From: Candidatus Heimdallarchaeota archaeon
GTDB lineage: Archaea; Asgardarchaeota; Heimdallarchaeia; JABLTI01
NCBI GenBank assembly: GCA_019056785.1
Contig: DXJV01000068.1
Span: 1 to 64,000 of the forward strand
DNA: 64,000 nt
Direction: 5' to 3'
Both the position numbers and the translations under genes were made by a program. Positions within the stretch are counted from its first letter, which is position 1; each line of letters opens with the position of its first letter. Below the pieces are notes generated by a model. The model was not told the origin of the DNA. It did no database searches and saw only the letters and a list, made by a program, of their open reading frames with translations. Shown in pieces: positions 51,515 through 60,413 of this stretch.

Positions 51515-52213
51515 TTAGACTTCGCTAATGACAATCGAACGCAAAACATCAGAGGCGTCTTCTGCCGCATTTGCAGCTAATTCAATATCTTTCATTGCAT
51601 GATCGAAAATATTCAATCCAGCAAAATTCTCTGCATAGTCTTTGTATTCAAAATAATGGTTTTTTAGTCGCGTATACAAGCCATCCATTTGATGCTCTAG
51701 AAAGCTGATTTCTGTAGTCAGGTCAATTGTTCGTTGAATGTCTTTGCGATATATGGATAGGGCTTCCGCCAGTTTATCTACTGCCATATTTAACAATTCA
51801 CAGCTTTTCATAATCTCCTCGAAAATATGTTTTGGCAATTTTACCTTATGCATGATTTGCACATTTATACCTGCCCTTTTTGCATTATTGGCGACCTCAT
51901 CAACCCGTTTAATAAATGTCAGAATATCAGCCCGGAGTTTTGGTTTTAGCGTTCCTTTAGTAAGTTCTAGCCACATGTCTGCCAGCAACTTATCTGCAGC
52001 GTTTTCTTCTGCTGACATTATCCCAATTTCTCTGTCAAGGTCGGTAAATTTTCCATCATACCATGCCTTAAATGCACGTGTTAAAGCTCTTGTGACAAGC
52101 TGGACGCGGGACAGATGTTCTGTCATTTTGTTCTGAATCTCTTGCTCGGCGCTTTTTCTGAAAAAACTACTGCGAAACTTCATAGCGTTCACCATAACTC
52201 GTTTGTCTTTCAT
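51515..52213 (-). CDS. DUF47 (TIGR00153-like) phosphate transport regulator
   Basis: EENAADKL...RADILTFIKRVDEVAN and LEHQMD...AANAAEDASD repeats; upstream of pit. Confidence 0.85.
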   Translation of the reverse strand: MKDKRVMVNAMKFRSSFFRKSAEQEIQNKMTEHLSRVQLVTRALTRAFKAWYDGKFTDLDREIGIMSAEENAADKLLADMWLELTKGTLKPKLRADILTFIKRVDEVANNAKRAGINVQIMHKVKLPKHIFEEIMKSCELLNMAVDKLAEALSIYRKDIQRTIDLTTEISFLEHQMDGLYTRLKNHYFEYKDYAENFAGLNIFDHAMKDIELAANAAEDASDVLRSIVISEV

Positions 52214-52317
52214 TTATTCATTTTGCCTAAAGGTGTTAAGAATAAAAAGATTGTTGTGGTAATTTCAAAAAAAATGGTCTTCTATCTAAAACGCGTAAAT
52301 GAAAAAAAGCAAGTGAA

Positions 52318-52686
52318 CTATCTCTTCTTAAGGCTTAGTGCTACAATGACTCCCAGGAATGTTAAGCCACTAAATGCTATTGGCAAGTATGTCGCTAGAA
52401 AGTTTATTTGCCCAACATAAGGATAAAATTCAATCTCAAGGTAGAGAGGATCTTGTTGGACGGCGGTAAAACCTTGGCCATTATCAATTTCAAAATAAAT
52501 CCCTGTGGCGATTTGAGCTACTTTCGTGTCAATACTCATATTATAGTGCCCATTATTATTGCTATATTTAGTTAACCAGATGTAGCCAAGATTACCATAA
52601 CTTTCTTGTTCTTCCGATGCCAATTGCTCATGATCCCAAAAATTCAATAATAAAGCATTGCAGGAATGGCCTATAGTATACAACAC
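52318..52686 (-). CDS. Hypothetical protein or 5'-truncated fragment with C-terminal TM
   Basis: Ends LATYLPIAFSGLTFLGVIVALSLKKR; no signal peptide or clear start. Confidence 0.4.
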   Translation of the reverse strand: MLYTIGHSCNALLLNFWDHEQLASEEQESYGNLGYIWLTKYSNNNGHYNMSIDTKVAQIATGIYFEIDNGQGFTAVQQDPLYLEIEFYPYVGQINFLATYLPIAFSGLTFLGVIVALSLKKR

Positions 52687-52899
52687 TTCGGCGATGTTTT
52701 AAGTTTCTTCTTTAAAAGCTTAAGCAAAAACACCTTTTTCCCTCAAAAAGAAAGACAAGATCCGGCTCTTTCCTGGTTTACCTTTTTTTTTCAAGAAGTA
52801 CAAAACCCCTTACTTATCTATTTGCTTAACTTCCCAAAAGATAATAAAGGACAACTATTTATTTTGCATATTGATTAATTCCTTTCTTGGTGCTAAACC

Positions 52900-53781
52900 A
52901 TGGTCTCGCCGGATAATAGCATTAAGCGTGATGAGAATGATGGGGCTGACCAAAGAGCCCTGGCAATTGCTCTTGCTTCTGATCTATCTGACCGGCTGGA
53001 AATTGTGAGCGAGGAGTTTTTAAAGACCGAAAAAACTAAGATGGAAACAATCAACCTCTCCCATTGGTACAACGAAAAACGCGTCTTAGCTGGCATTAGT
53101 TTGCCTATTTTTAAGAATAAAGTTACCGCTATTATCGGCCCCTCAGGGTGTGGCAAGTCAACTTTTCTTCGCGACTTGAACCGTATGAATGACATTATCC
53201 CCACTGCCCGTATTTCGGGGGAAGTTTTATTGGATGGGCAAAATATCTATGACAATAAAATAGATGTTGTTTCCCTCCGAAAAAGAGTTGGCATGGTTTT
53301 TCAAAGACCAAACCCTTTTCCTATGTCTATTGAGAATAATGTCGCCTATGGTCCATATATCCATGGTGCACAACCTGAGGAGTTAGCAGCTATCGTTGAA
53401 AGCACCCTACGAAAAGCTGCTCTTTGGGAGGAGGTTCGCGACCGTTTACAGGACAATGCTTTATCCCTTTCGGGAGGACAGCAACAAAGGCTCTGTATTG
53501 CCCGTGCTTTGTCTGTTGAACCAGAAGTTATTTTATTTGATGAACCCTGTAGTGCTCTTGACCCGCATGCAACGGCGAAAATAGAAGACCTTATTACTAA
53601 TTTGAAAAAAGATTACACTGTGGTCATCGTTACCCATAATATGCAGCAGGCCGCCCGAGTGTCTGATTACACAACTTTCTTTAATTTTGGTGAGCTGATT
53701 GAATTTAATACAACGAGGAAGATCTTCAAGTCACCAGAACGAAAGATGACGGAAGAATATATTTCCGGGCGTTTTGGCTAA
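52900..53781 (+). CDS. pstB: Phosphate ABC transporter ATPase (copy 1)
   Basis: [64 protein letters not shown]. Confidence 0.96.
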   Translation: MVSPDNSIKRDENDGADQRALAIALASDLSDRLEIVSEEFLKTEKTKMETINLSHWYNEKRVLAGISLPIFKNKVTAIIGPSGCGKSTFLRDLNRMNDIIPTARISGEVLLDGQNIYDNKIDVVSLRKRVGMVFQRPNPFPMSIENNVAYGPYIHGAQPEELAAIVESTLRKAALWEEVRDRLQDNALSLSGGQQQRLCIARALSVEPEVILFDEPCSALDPHATAKIEDLITNLKKDYTVVIVTHNMQQAARVSDYTTFFNFGELIEFNTTRKIFKSPERKMTEEYISGRFG

Positions 53782-53798
53782 TAAAGTGGTGGAACCTC

Positions 53799-54674
53799 TT
53801 GAATATTGTGAATAAAAAACTCTTAGCGAAGGAAACCAAGGAGGAGGACATTGTACCAGTTGATATGCGCGCTTTATTCAAAGATGAAACTGAAATTATT
53901 CCTGAAAAGCTTGTGAAAAAATATGAAATCCGAATGGCTGTCAAGAAACTGAGCCATTGGTATGGAAATAATCATGTTCTCTCCGGCATTTCGCTCCCCA
54001 TTTTCAAAAATAAAGTCACTGCTATTATTGGCCCCTCAGGCTGCGGAAAATCAACATTCCTTCGCGACTTGAACCGAATGAATGACCTTATCAAGATTTC
54101 GAGAGTTCGTGGAAAGGTCTATCTCGATGGCATTAACATTTATAGTGAAGGTATTGATCTAATCCAATTACGAAAGAAAATTGGCATGGTCTTCCAAAAA
54201 CCCAACCCCTTTCCCATGTCCATTCGTGATAATATTACCTATGGCCCCATTATTCATGGAATAAATAAGGCTTATCTTCCAGGGCTTATTAAAAGCTATT
54301 TAGTAAAAGCTGCTCTTTGGGATGAAGTTCATGACCGCTTATCTGAGAGTGCTTTCTCACTTTCGGGAGGGCAACAACAAAGATTATGCATTGCACGAGC
54401 TTTGTCAATCGAGCCGGAAGTTATCTTATTTGATGAACCCTGTAGCGCTCTCGACCCACATGCAACGGCAAAAATAGAGGATTTAATTACGAAATTGAAA
54501 GCCGAGTACACCGTGGTAATTGTCACTCATAACATGCAACAAGCGGCCCGGGTATCTGATTTCACGGCTTTCTTCAATTTGGGTGAGCTAATAGAATTTA
54601 ACTCTACCAGAGATCTCTTTCGAAGCCCCATAAGAAAAATAACAGAGGAATATATTTCCGGGCGTTTTGGCTAG
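53799..54674 (+). CDS. pstB: Phosphate ABC transporter ATPase (copy 2)
   Basis: Same motifs as copy 1; start uncertain. Confidence 0.96.
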   Translation: MNIVNKKLLAKETKEEDIVPVDMRALFKDETEIIPEKLVKKYEIRMAVKKLSHWYGNNHVLSGISLPIFKNKVTAIIGPSGCGKSTFLRDLNRMNDLIKISRVRGKVYLDGINIYSEGIDLIQLRKKIGMVFQKPNPFPMSIRDNITYGPIIHGINKAYLPGLIKSYLVKAALWDEVHDRLSESAFSLSGGQQQRLCIARALSIEPEVILFDEPCSALDPHATAKIEDLITKLKAEYTVVIVTHNMQQAARVSDFTAFFNLGELIEFNSTRDLFRSPIRKITEEYISGRFG

Positions 54675-54689
54675 ATAGTTTTAAAATAA

Positions 54690-55406
54690 TTGCTGACTAA
54701 AAATAATGATAATAAATTGGTGAAAATATTGAATGAAACACGAAAAAGCTTTGGTGGTACTATTCGTTTCAAAGAACTGATGGATGAACTCAATAGTTAC
54801 CTTGGAAAGCTGACCGATTTAGTTATTGAAATGATAGAAAAAGGACATAAAGCACTCATTGAAGATGATGAGGGCTTATTTAAGAAAATTGAGGAAAACC
54901 TTTGCAAGGTTCATGAGCTTTCTTATCAAGTAGAAGACAGCGTCCAAAGCAGTTTGGCACTTCACCAACCGTTTGCAAGTGACCTTCGGTATATCTTATC
55001 AACTTTGAAAATCACCAACGAAATTCACCGCTCAGCACACGATGCAGTTCACATTGCCAATAGTACCACCTATGTTGATATTGCATTAAATAAGGAACTT
55101 ATCAAACGTGTGGTTGAATTAGCTAAGCGCGCGTCTCTAATGTTTGAGAAGAGCATTGATGCTTTTCGCCACCGGAAAGAACTTGATATTACGGAATGGA
55201 AAAAATTGGATGATCGCGTGGATTCACTCCACGCCAAACTTATCGATGACATCATCGCAAAAATCCAAAAAGAACCTTCTTGGGCACGAGCAGGTATGAG
55301 TCTTGTTTTGGCAACCAGATATATCGAACGGATAGCCGACCACGCCTGTAATATTGTCGAAGAAAGTATTTTTGTGGTGACAAGTAAACGCGTTAAAATC
55401 GAATGA
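54690..55406 (+). CDS. phoU: Phosphate uptake regulator PhoU
   Basis: LALHQPFASDLR, DDRVD, RYIERIADHACNIVE. Confidence 0.93.
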   Translation: MLTKNNDNKLVKILNETRKSFGGTIRFKELMDELNSYLGKLTDLVIEMIEKGHKALIEDDEGLFKKIEENLCKVHELSYQVEDSVQSSLALHQPFASDLRYILSTLKITNEIHRSAHDAVHIANSTTYVDIALNKELIKRVVELAKRASLMFEKSIDAFRHRKELDITEWKKLDDRVDSLHAKLIDDIIAKIQKEPSWARAGMSLVLATRYIERIADHACNIVEESIFVVTSKRVKIE

Positions 55407-55484
55407 ATCACTCTTGGAGTCTATCCAGGAAACCATACACAAAATTATTATGTAAAAAACCAATCAACAGAACACAAAAAAATC

Positions 55485-56423
55485 GTGACAAAAATTGGTG
55501 AGAAAAAAATGTCCTTTGGTCGTCCTTCCAAACAAACCGTCTGGATTTTAATTGCATTAATACCGATAGCTGCTAGCTCGGGCTTCTTTCTGGGCTGGGC
55601 ACTCTATGGGGGTCATGGTGGTTTTGCAACCGTCACGCTTGAAATAAAAGGTTCAACAACGGTGGAACCAATTTGTCTTGCGACAGCGCCCATATTTGAA
55701 GCGACGCACCCAGGAATTCAGATTGGCATTTCTGCCGCAGGTTCAGGCACAGGCATTTCAGCTGTAATAGATGGAACCGCAGACATTGGAATGTCTTCTC
55801 GGCAAGTCAAAACCGAAGAAAATATCACGGCACACGAAGAAACTAATTTGTGGTTACGCTCCTTTCCGATCGCAAAAGATGCACTGGTAGTTATAACAAA
55901 TGCTGCAACAACAATCACACCTTTCGATATGAATCTCACGCTACTTCGAATGATCTTCAATGGCACCATCAGCAGTTGGGATCATCCTTCATTAGCCGGC
56001 CACGGTTTAACAGGAGCCATCCAAGTTATCGCCAGAGAATCAACCTCAGGAACACGCACAGCCTTCGATGAAATGGTCATGGGAGATGATGATTATGCAT
56101 CTGACTTCCAAGAAAAGGTTTCAAATCAAGAAGTACATGATGAAATTGCCAGCAATCCTCAAGCAATAGGCTATATTGGACTTGCATACATGAGCCCTAG
56201 TGTAAAAGATGTCCTCATTGATGGCATTAATGCTTCTAAAGAACATGTTCGGGATGGTAGTTATGAGCTTTCCCGGAGCCTTTTTCTGGTGACTCTTGGC
56301 ATCCCTAATGTTGATTCGCTCATCTGGGAATATGTACAATGGCATTTGAGTCCAACAGCTCAAAATTATGTTGAAGAACTTGGCTATATTGCTGTTCAAG
56401 CTAAGAGAGATGATTTTATTTAG
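55485..56423 (+). CDS. pstS: Phosphate-binding protein (N-terminal TM anchor)
   Basis: IKGSTTVEP, GSGTGI, DIGMSSR, RESTSGTR, AIGYIG, YELSRSLF. Confidence 0.94.
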   Translation: MTKIGEKKMSFGRPSKQTVWILIALIPIAASSGFFLGWALYGGHGGFATVTLEIKGSTTVEPICLATAPIFEATHPGIQIGISAAGSGTGISAVIDGTADIGMSSRQVKTEENITAHEETNLWLRSFPIAKDALVVITNAATTITPFDMNLTLLRMIFNGTISSWDHPSLAGHGLTGAIQVIARESTSGTRTAFDEMVMGDDDYASDFQEKVSNQEVHDEIASNPQAIGYIGLAYMSPSVKDVLIDGINASKEHVRDGSYELSRSLFLVTLGIPNVDSLIWEYVQWHLSPTAQNYVEELGYIAVQAKRDDFI

Positions 56424-56461
56424 ACGAGGAGGCGATAAACATATCTGAACCTCAAGACAAG

Positions 56462-57439
56462 TTGTCGGCTACCAAAAAAGAACTGGACGAAGCAAAAATG
56501 TCAGAACAACAACAAACCAGTGACGACTTAGCAAGCGATGAAGAAACCATTATCGCTATTGGAAAACAAAAAATCAGTTTTCAACATGTTGTTCTACTTC
56601 TTGCGGCAAGTTTGTCGGTGATTATTGTTGTTTTGGTGTTTATTTTCACTGTTCTCGAGGGATATAGGATCATCCCGGAATATGGTTTTATTGATTTTTT
56701 GTTTGGGCATGAATGGGACAGTCCACATGAGCAATATGGCATTCTTCCCATGATTGTTGGCACCATTCTTGTCGTTCTTATCGCTGCAGTAATAGCAATT
56801 CCTGTTGGTACAATGGCAGCAATGTATCTTTCAGAGATCGCCCCTGAAATCGTCCGGAAAATTATGAAGCCAATTATTGAGATATTAGCAAGCATCCCTT
56901 CGATAATCTATGGATTTATAGGTTGGCGAACGTTGGTATTATTTTTACAAAACCAATTGGGGTTCAAGTCTGGAAGGACGGCATTCACAGCTGGGGTCGT
57001 GCTTTCAATAATGATACTTCCAACAATAATTACTATCGCCGATGATTCCCTTAAGGCAGTTCCTCGAGCGTATCGTGAAGGCTCGTTTGCTCTAGGCGCT
57101 ACCAATTGGCAGACCATCCGTAAAGTCGTCTTGCCAGCCTCGAGTTCAGGCTTGACTGCAGCGTACATTCTTGGCTTTGGGAGAGCCATTGGAGAAACAA
57201 TGGCAGTATATTTTCTGGCAGGTGGAGGCAAGAATCTACAATGGAACATTTTCAGAGGTGTTGATACTTTGACTTCTTTGATTTTGAAACAACTGCCAGA
57301 AGCATCTATTGGAAGCGTAGAATACCATGCCATCTTTGGTGCCGCATGTGTCCTTTTTCTCATAACATTTTGTGTTAATCTCATAGGCGACTTGCTTATC
57401 AGACGTTTCTCTAAAAAATTCAGAGGTGCAAGTAAATGA
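56462..57439 (+). CDS. pstC: Phosphate ABC permease
   Basis: YGILPMIVGT, LASIPSIIYG, MILPTI, SFALGATNWQT, LGFGRAIGETMAV. Confidence 0.95.
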   Translation: MSATKKELDEAKMSEQQQTSDDLASDEETIIAIGKQKISFQHVVLLLAASLSVIIVVLVFIFTVLEGYRIIPEYGFIDFLFGHEWDSPHEQYGILPMIVGTILVVLIAAVIAIPVGTMAAMYLSEIAPEIVRKIMKPIIEILASIPSIIYGFIGWRTLVLFLQNQLGFKSGRTAFTAGVVLSIMILPTIITIADDSLKAVPRAYREGSFALGATNWQTIRKVVLPASSSGLTAAYILGFGRAIGETMAVYFLAGGGKNLQWNIFRGVDTLTSLILKQLPEASIGSVEYHAIFGAACVLFLITFCVNLIGDLLIRRFSKKFRGASK

Positions 57440-58368
57440 CTAAGGAAAAATCTGACAACTCCCTAACTGAAAAGGATGTTTCTTTCGATGACTTGCCGAA
57501 GAGGAAGCGTTTGCTTAATCCTAAACAGTCACAAAAAATCGGCTATAGCATGCTGCTTTCTTCAATCATTTTTATCGTCATTGTGTTGGGAGTTTTTCTT
57601 GGCTATATTATTATCAACGGTTTGAAAAGCATTAATTTCAAATTCATTTTCTCGAGTTATAATCCAACAGTAGGGCGTTATGGTTTATTCCCATCCATTA
57701 TGGGTACCTTTTTACTCATTATTGGCTCAATTGCTATCGCAGCGCCCCTTGGTTTGCTTGCTGCGATTTATCTTACAGAATATACTAAGGGAGGCATAAT
57801 TGTTTCTATAATTGACCAAGGCATTAATAATCTCGCAGGCGTACCTTCTGTGGTCATTGGTGTTTTTGGTTATGCATTATTTAGTGTTTATCTTAAGATG
57901 GGTTCATCTATGATTGCTGCTTGGCTGACGCTTGCTTGTATGCTCTTACCAACAATTATTAGAACATCCCAGGAAGCACTTCGAAGTGTGCCTCGTACAT
58001 ATCGGGAAGGTAGCTTTGCTCTTGGTGCAACCAAATGGCGAACAATTCGGTATGTTGTTCTTCCCCCTGCTTTGCCAGGGATAACAACTGGTATAATCCT
58101 TTCCCTAGGGCGTGCAGCTGGCGAGACTGCAGCGGTACTCTTCGTTGGTTCTGGCGTTTTTTTCAACAGATTTTTTAATGGTTTTAGTGGAACGTTCATG
58201 AACTTGCCCAATTTCCTATTAACACTTTACCGCTCAGCTGGGGGGTGGGAACAAGTGGGGGATGTAATGTGGCTAACAGCATTTGTTTTGATTTTAATTG
58301 TCTTCTCCTTCAATGCAGTGGCAATTGTTATAAGAAATCGTTCGGAAAAGCAACGCGGCAGCTATTAA
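57436..58368 (+). CDS. pstA: Phosphate ABC permease
   Basis: AIYLTEY, NLAGVPSVVIG, EALRSVP..REGSFALGATKW, RAAGETA; ATGA overlap with pstC. Confidence 0.95.
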   Translation: MTKEKSDNSLTEKDVSFDDLPKRKRLLNPKQSQKIGYSMLLSSIIFIVIVLGVFLGYIIINGLKSINFKFIFSSYNPTVGRYGLFPSIMGTFLLIIGSIAIAAPLGLLAAIYLTEYTKGGIIVSIIDQGINNLAGVPSVVIGVFGYALFSVYLKMGSSMIAAWLTLACMLLPTIIRTSQEALRSVPRTYREGSFALGATKWRTIRYVVLPPALPGITTGIILSLGRAAGETAAVLFVGSGVFFNRFFNGFSGTFMNLPNFLLTLYRSAGGWEQVGDVMWLTAFVLILIVFSFNAVAIVIRNRSEKQRGSY

Positions 58369-58412
58369 ACCTTCGCGGCAATCTCGAGAGAAAAAAAAAG
58401 AGAAAAGTGGAA

Positions 58413-59648
58413 TTAAATCCCGTTAGGGCTAACTCCAATGGGATTACTCGAGACACAAAATTCTATGCAATAGCGACAGTTTCCAGCATCCCAGTAATTC
58501 CACCACCACCAACCATTATTAGCAAAGTCGAGCATGGAATTTGCCCACCAGTTAAATGGTGAAAGTTGGTCATCAGAATCCGGCCACGAATCATCCTCCC
58601 AAGCTTGCGTGTTAATCTTTAAGGGGTGCGTTTTGGGGATGAGAACATATGCCATTGTCTTTTTCCAGTAGATATATCCTGCGCCATCACGTTTCACTAT
58701 ACCATAGAAATCTTCAGTCACATAGCCGGACCCACCGTAACCGTCACCGACATACCATTTCATGTACATTTCGCCTGCCCCTTTTGGCCAGGGGTCAGAA
58801 TCGATTTCATAATAAACGCCAACAAGGTTAATTTTCACATAATAACAATCGTTTGGATCCCAATCGCTTGTCTCAACAACATAAGTGTCACTATCTTCAT
58901 AGAGGTCTGAGGGGGAGACACCATAGGCTGTTTCCCAGGACCAGTTATCACCATCAGGATCTAGGTCAATGCCAAACAAGTCTTTGTATGCAGCCCAAGC
59001 AAGTTCAGAACAATACCAACCATCAACACCAGAAAGACTATTTGTGCCATCAATTTGCTTTGAGGTCCAACCCCAATCATAGACTGGTCCAACAGGATAA
59101 CCATCAAGACCGCCATCGAGTTTAGATTTGCACCAGTCAACTGCTTGTTGTCTTTGAGCGTTAGTTAGCCCCGCAACACGGATTGCAACTGCTATCTCAG
59201 CATGCTCATTCACGCCTTCAAGCCACGTCGAATAGCCCAAACCATTTCCGGCATTGTCACTTTTAGTCGAATGGATAACATATGGTGTTCCGACAGGCAT
59301 CCAACAATGCTGATCTCTATCCCAAATTTGCTCGCCCGGCTGAACGAAGCCAGCAAAAATTTCCGTGTGTGAAAACTCACCAGGGATCAAATAATCGAAA
59401 AATGATCCTGCTGTTCCAAGCAAGATAATATCTCCCGGTACCAACCCATTATATAATAAGCTGTTTTTCCCATCATCAGCAAATTTAAGGTCAGCTTGGG
59501 CCCCCTCTGTACTTTGAGTTGATAGCCTAACTAAATTGCCCGGCATGGGAATTTGATTGATATTAATGGAAAGCGGGATTATCAAAAGGATCATTCCACT
59601 CAAAAATAGGAATAAGAATATTGATCGTTTTTTATCTCCTATCATCAA
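58413..59648 (-). CDS. Exported permuted papain-like (NlpC/P60, YiiX/YebB/C92-type) enzyme with acidic, Trp-rich C-terminal domain
   Basis: LVPGDIIL, FSHTEIF (His), AVDW...YDW, WYCSELAWAAY (Cys after His = permuted order), GIDLD, VSPSDL; N-terminal TM/signal. Confidence 0.85.
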   Translation of the reverse strand: MMIGDKKRSIFLFLFLSGMILLIIPLSININQIPMPGNLVRLSTQSTEGAQADLKFADDGKNSLLYNGLVPGDIILLGTAGSFFDYLIPGEFSHTEIFAGFVQPGEQIWDRDQHCWMPVGTPYVIHSTKSDNAGNGLGYSTWLEGVNEHAEIAVAIRVAGLTNAQRQQAVDWCKSKLDGGLDGYPVGPVYDWGWTSKQIDGTNSLSGVDGWYCSELAWAAYKDLFGIDLDPDGDNWSWETAYGVSPSDLYEDSDTYVVETSDWDPNDCYYVKINLVGVYYEIDSDPWPKGAGEMYMKWYVGDGYGGSGYVTEDFYGIVKRDGAGYIYWKKTMAYVLIPKTHPLKINTQAWEDDSWPDSDDQLSPFNWWANSMLDFANNGWWWWNYWDAGNCRYCIEFCVSSNPIGVSPNGI

Positions 59649-59708
59649 AAACCTTCCTTAGAGTTAATTGCAAAGCTATATCTGTAAAAGAACCTTAAAG
59701 GGTTCCAC

Positions 59709-59793
59709 TTTTTTACGTAAAAGAAAACAACCTTTTTATTTTATTAATCCCAGCGTTTACAACCATTCTTAGTTTTGGAATAGGAAAAATTGT
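59709..59793 (+). promoter_or_regulatory. Conserved upstream element, copy 2
   Basis: ~90% identical to the reverse complement of 49329-49412; TTTTACGTAAAA at 59711-59722; ends 11 nt before the ATG at 59805. Confidence 0.85.
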
Positions 59794-59804
59794 GAGTTGG
59801 AAAA

Positions 59805-60335
59805 ATGAATCGTAGAAAGAAAGTTGTTTTAACGGCATTAGTTTTAAGCATTATGACATTGGCAGGTCTGGGGGCACTGAGGACTATTTCAGACACCATC
59901 ACTTTAAAGAAAATCAGAGTTTACGTTTATTCCATAGATATTTATGACGACTTCCGGACAGGAAGCTATGAACTATTGCTTAGCTTCAAGTTTATGCGTC
60001 ATTTTGGCGATTTTGGCGGGCATCTTATTAATAACGATGACCAATATCCTAAAACAAACACCTACTTTGAAAGTTGTGAAACCTTCGATGGCGGAGTTGA
60101 AGAGATAAAATATTGTTATGAATACTTTGATTACAGCTATTGTAAACCATTAGGCAAGGCAAATGGCATCGTTCTGGTAACTTTTCGTGTAAAGAAAAAT
60201 GTCTTTAGCCATGAAGATCTCGTTTGGGGCTTAGGTGGGCTAGATGATACTTATGGCGTATACTACGAGAAAACCCTCTATTTTAAAAAATATAATGGAG
60301 GATTAATAATAAAGTATATGTTTTTAGAGGTATAA
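59805..60335 (+). CDS. Small secreted protein (176 aa), first gene of cassette B
   Basis: MNRRKKVVLTALVLSIMTLAGLGA signal; Tyr/Phe/Asp-rich mature part; followed by pyrimidine tract CCCCCCCTCTTTTCCTTTTTT. Confidence 0.7.
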   Translation: MNRRKKVVLTALVLSIMTLAGLGALRTISDTITLKKIRVYVYSIDIYDDFRTGSYELLLSFKFMRHFGDFGGHLINNDDQYPKTNTYFESCETFDGGVEEIKYCYEYFDYSYCKPLGKANGIVLVTFRVKKNVFSHEDLVWGLGGLDDTYGVYYEKTLYFKKYNGGLIIKYMFLEV

Positions 60336-60413
60336 AGTGAAAAATAACCCCCCCTCTTTTCCTTTTTTATAAAAAGAGAAGGATGGTAGAAAAGAAATTG
60401 TGAGGTGTAATAA

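Noticed and set aside
2003-59125. Numerous 60-160 aa antisense or alternate-frame ORFs (e.g. 2003-2401, 29454-29879, 34807-35277, 56908-57384, and 49549-49731 over the tRNA)
   Set aside because: They are shadows of well-supported genes and have no recognisable motifs.
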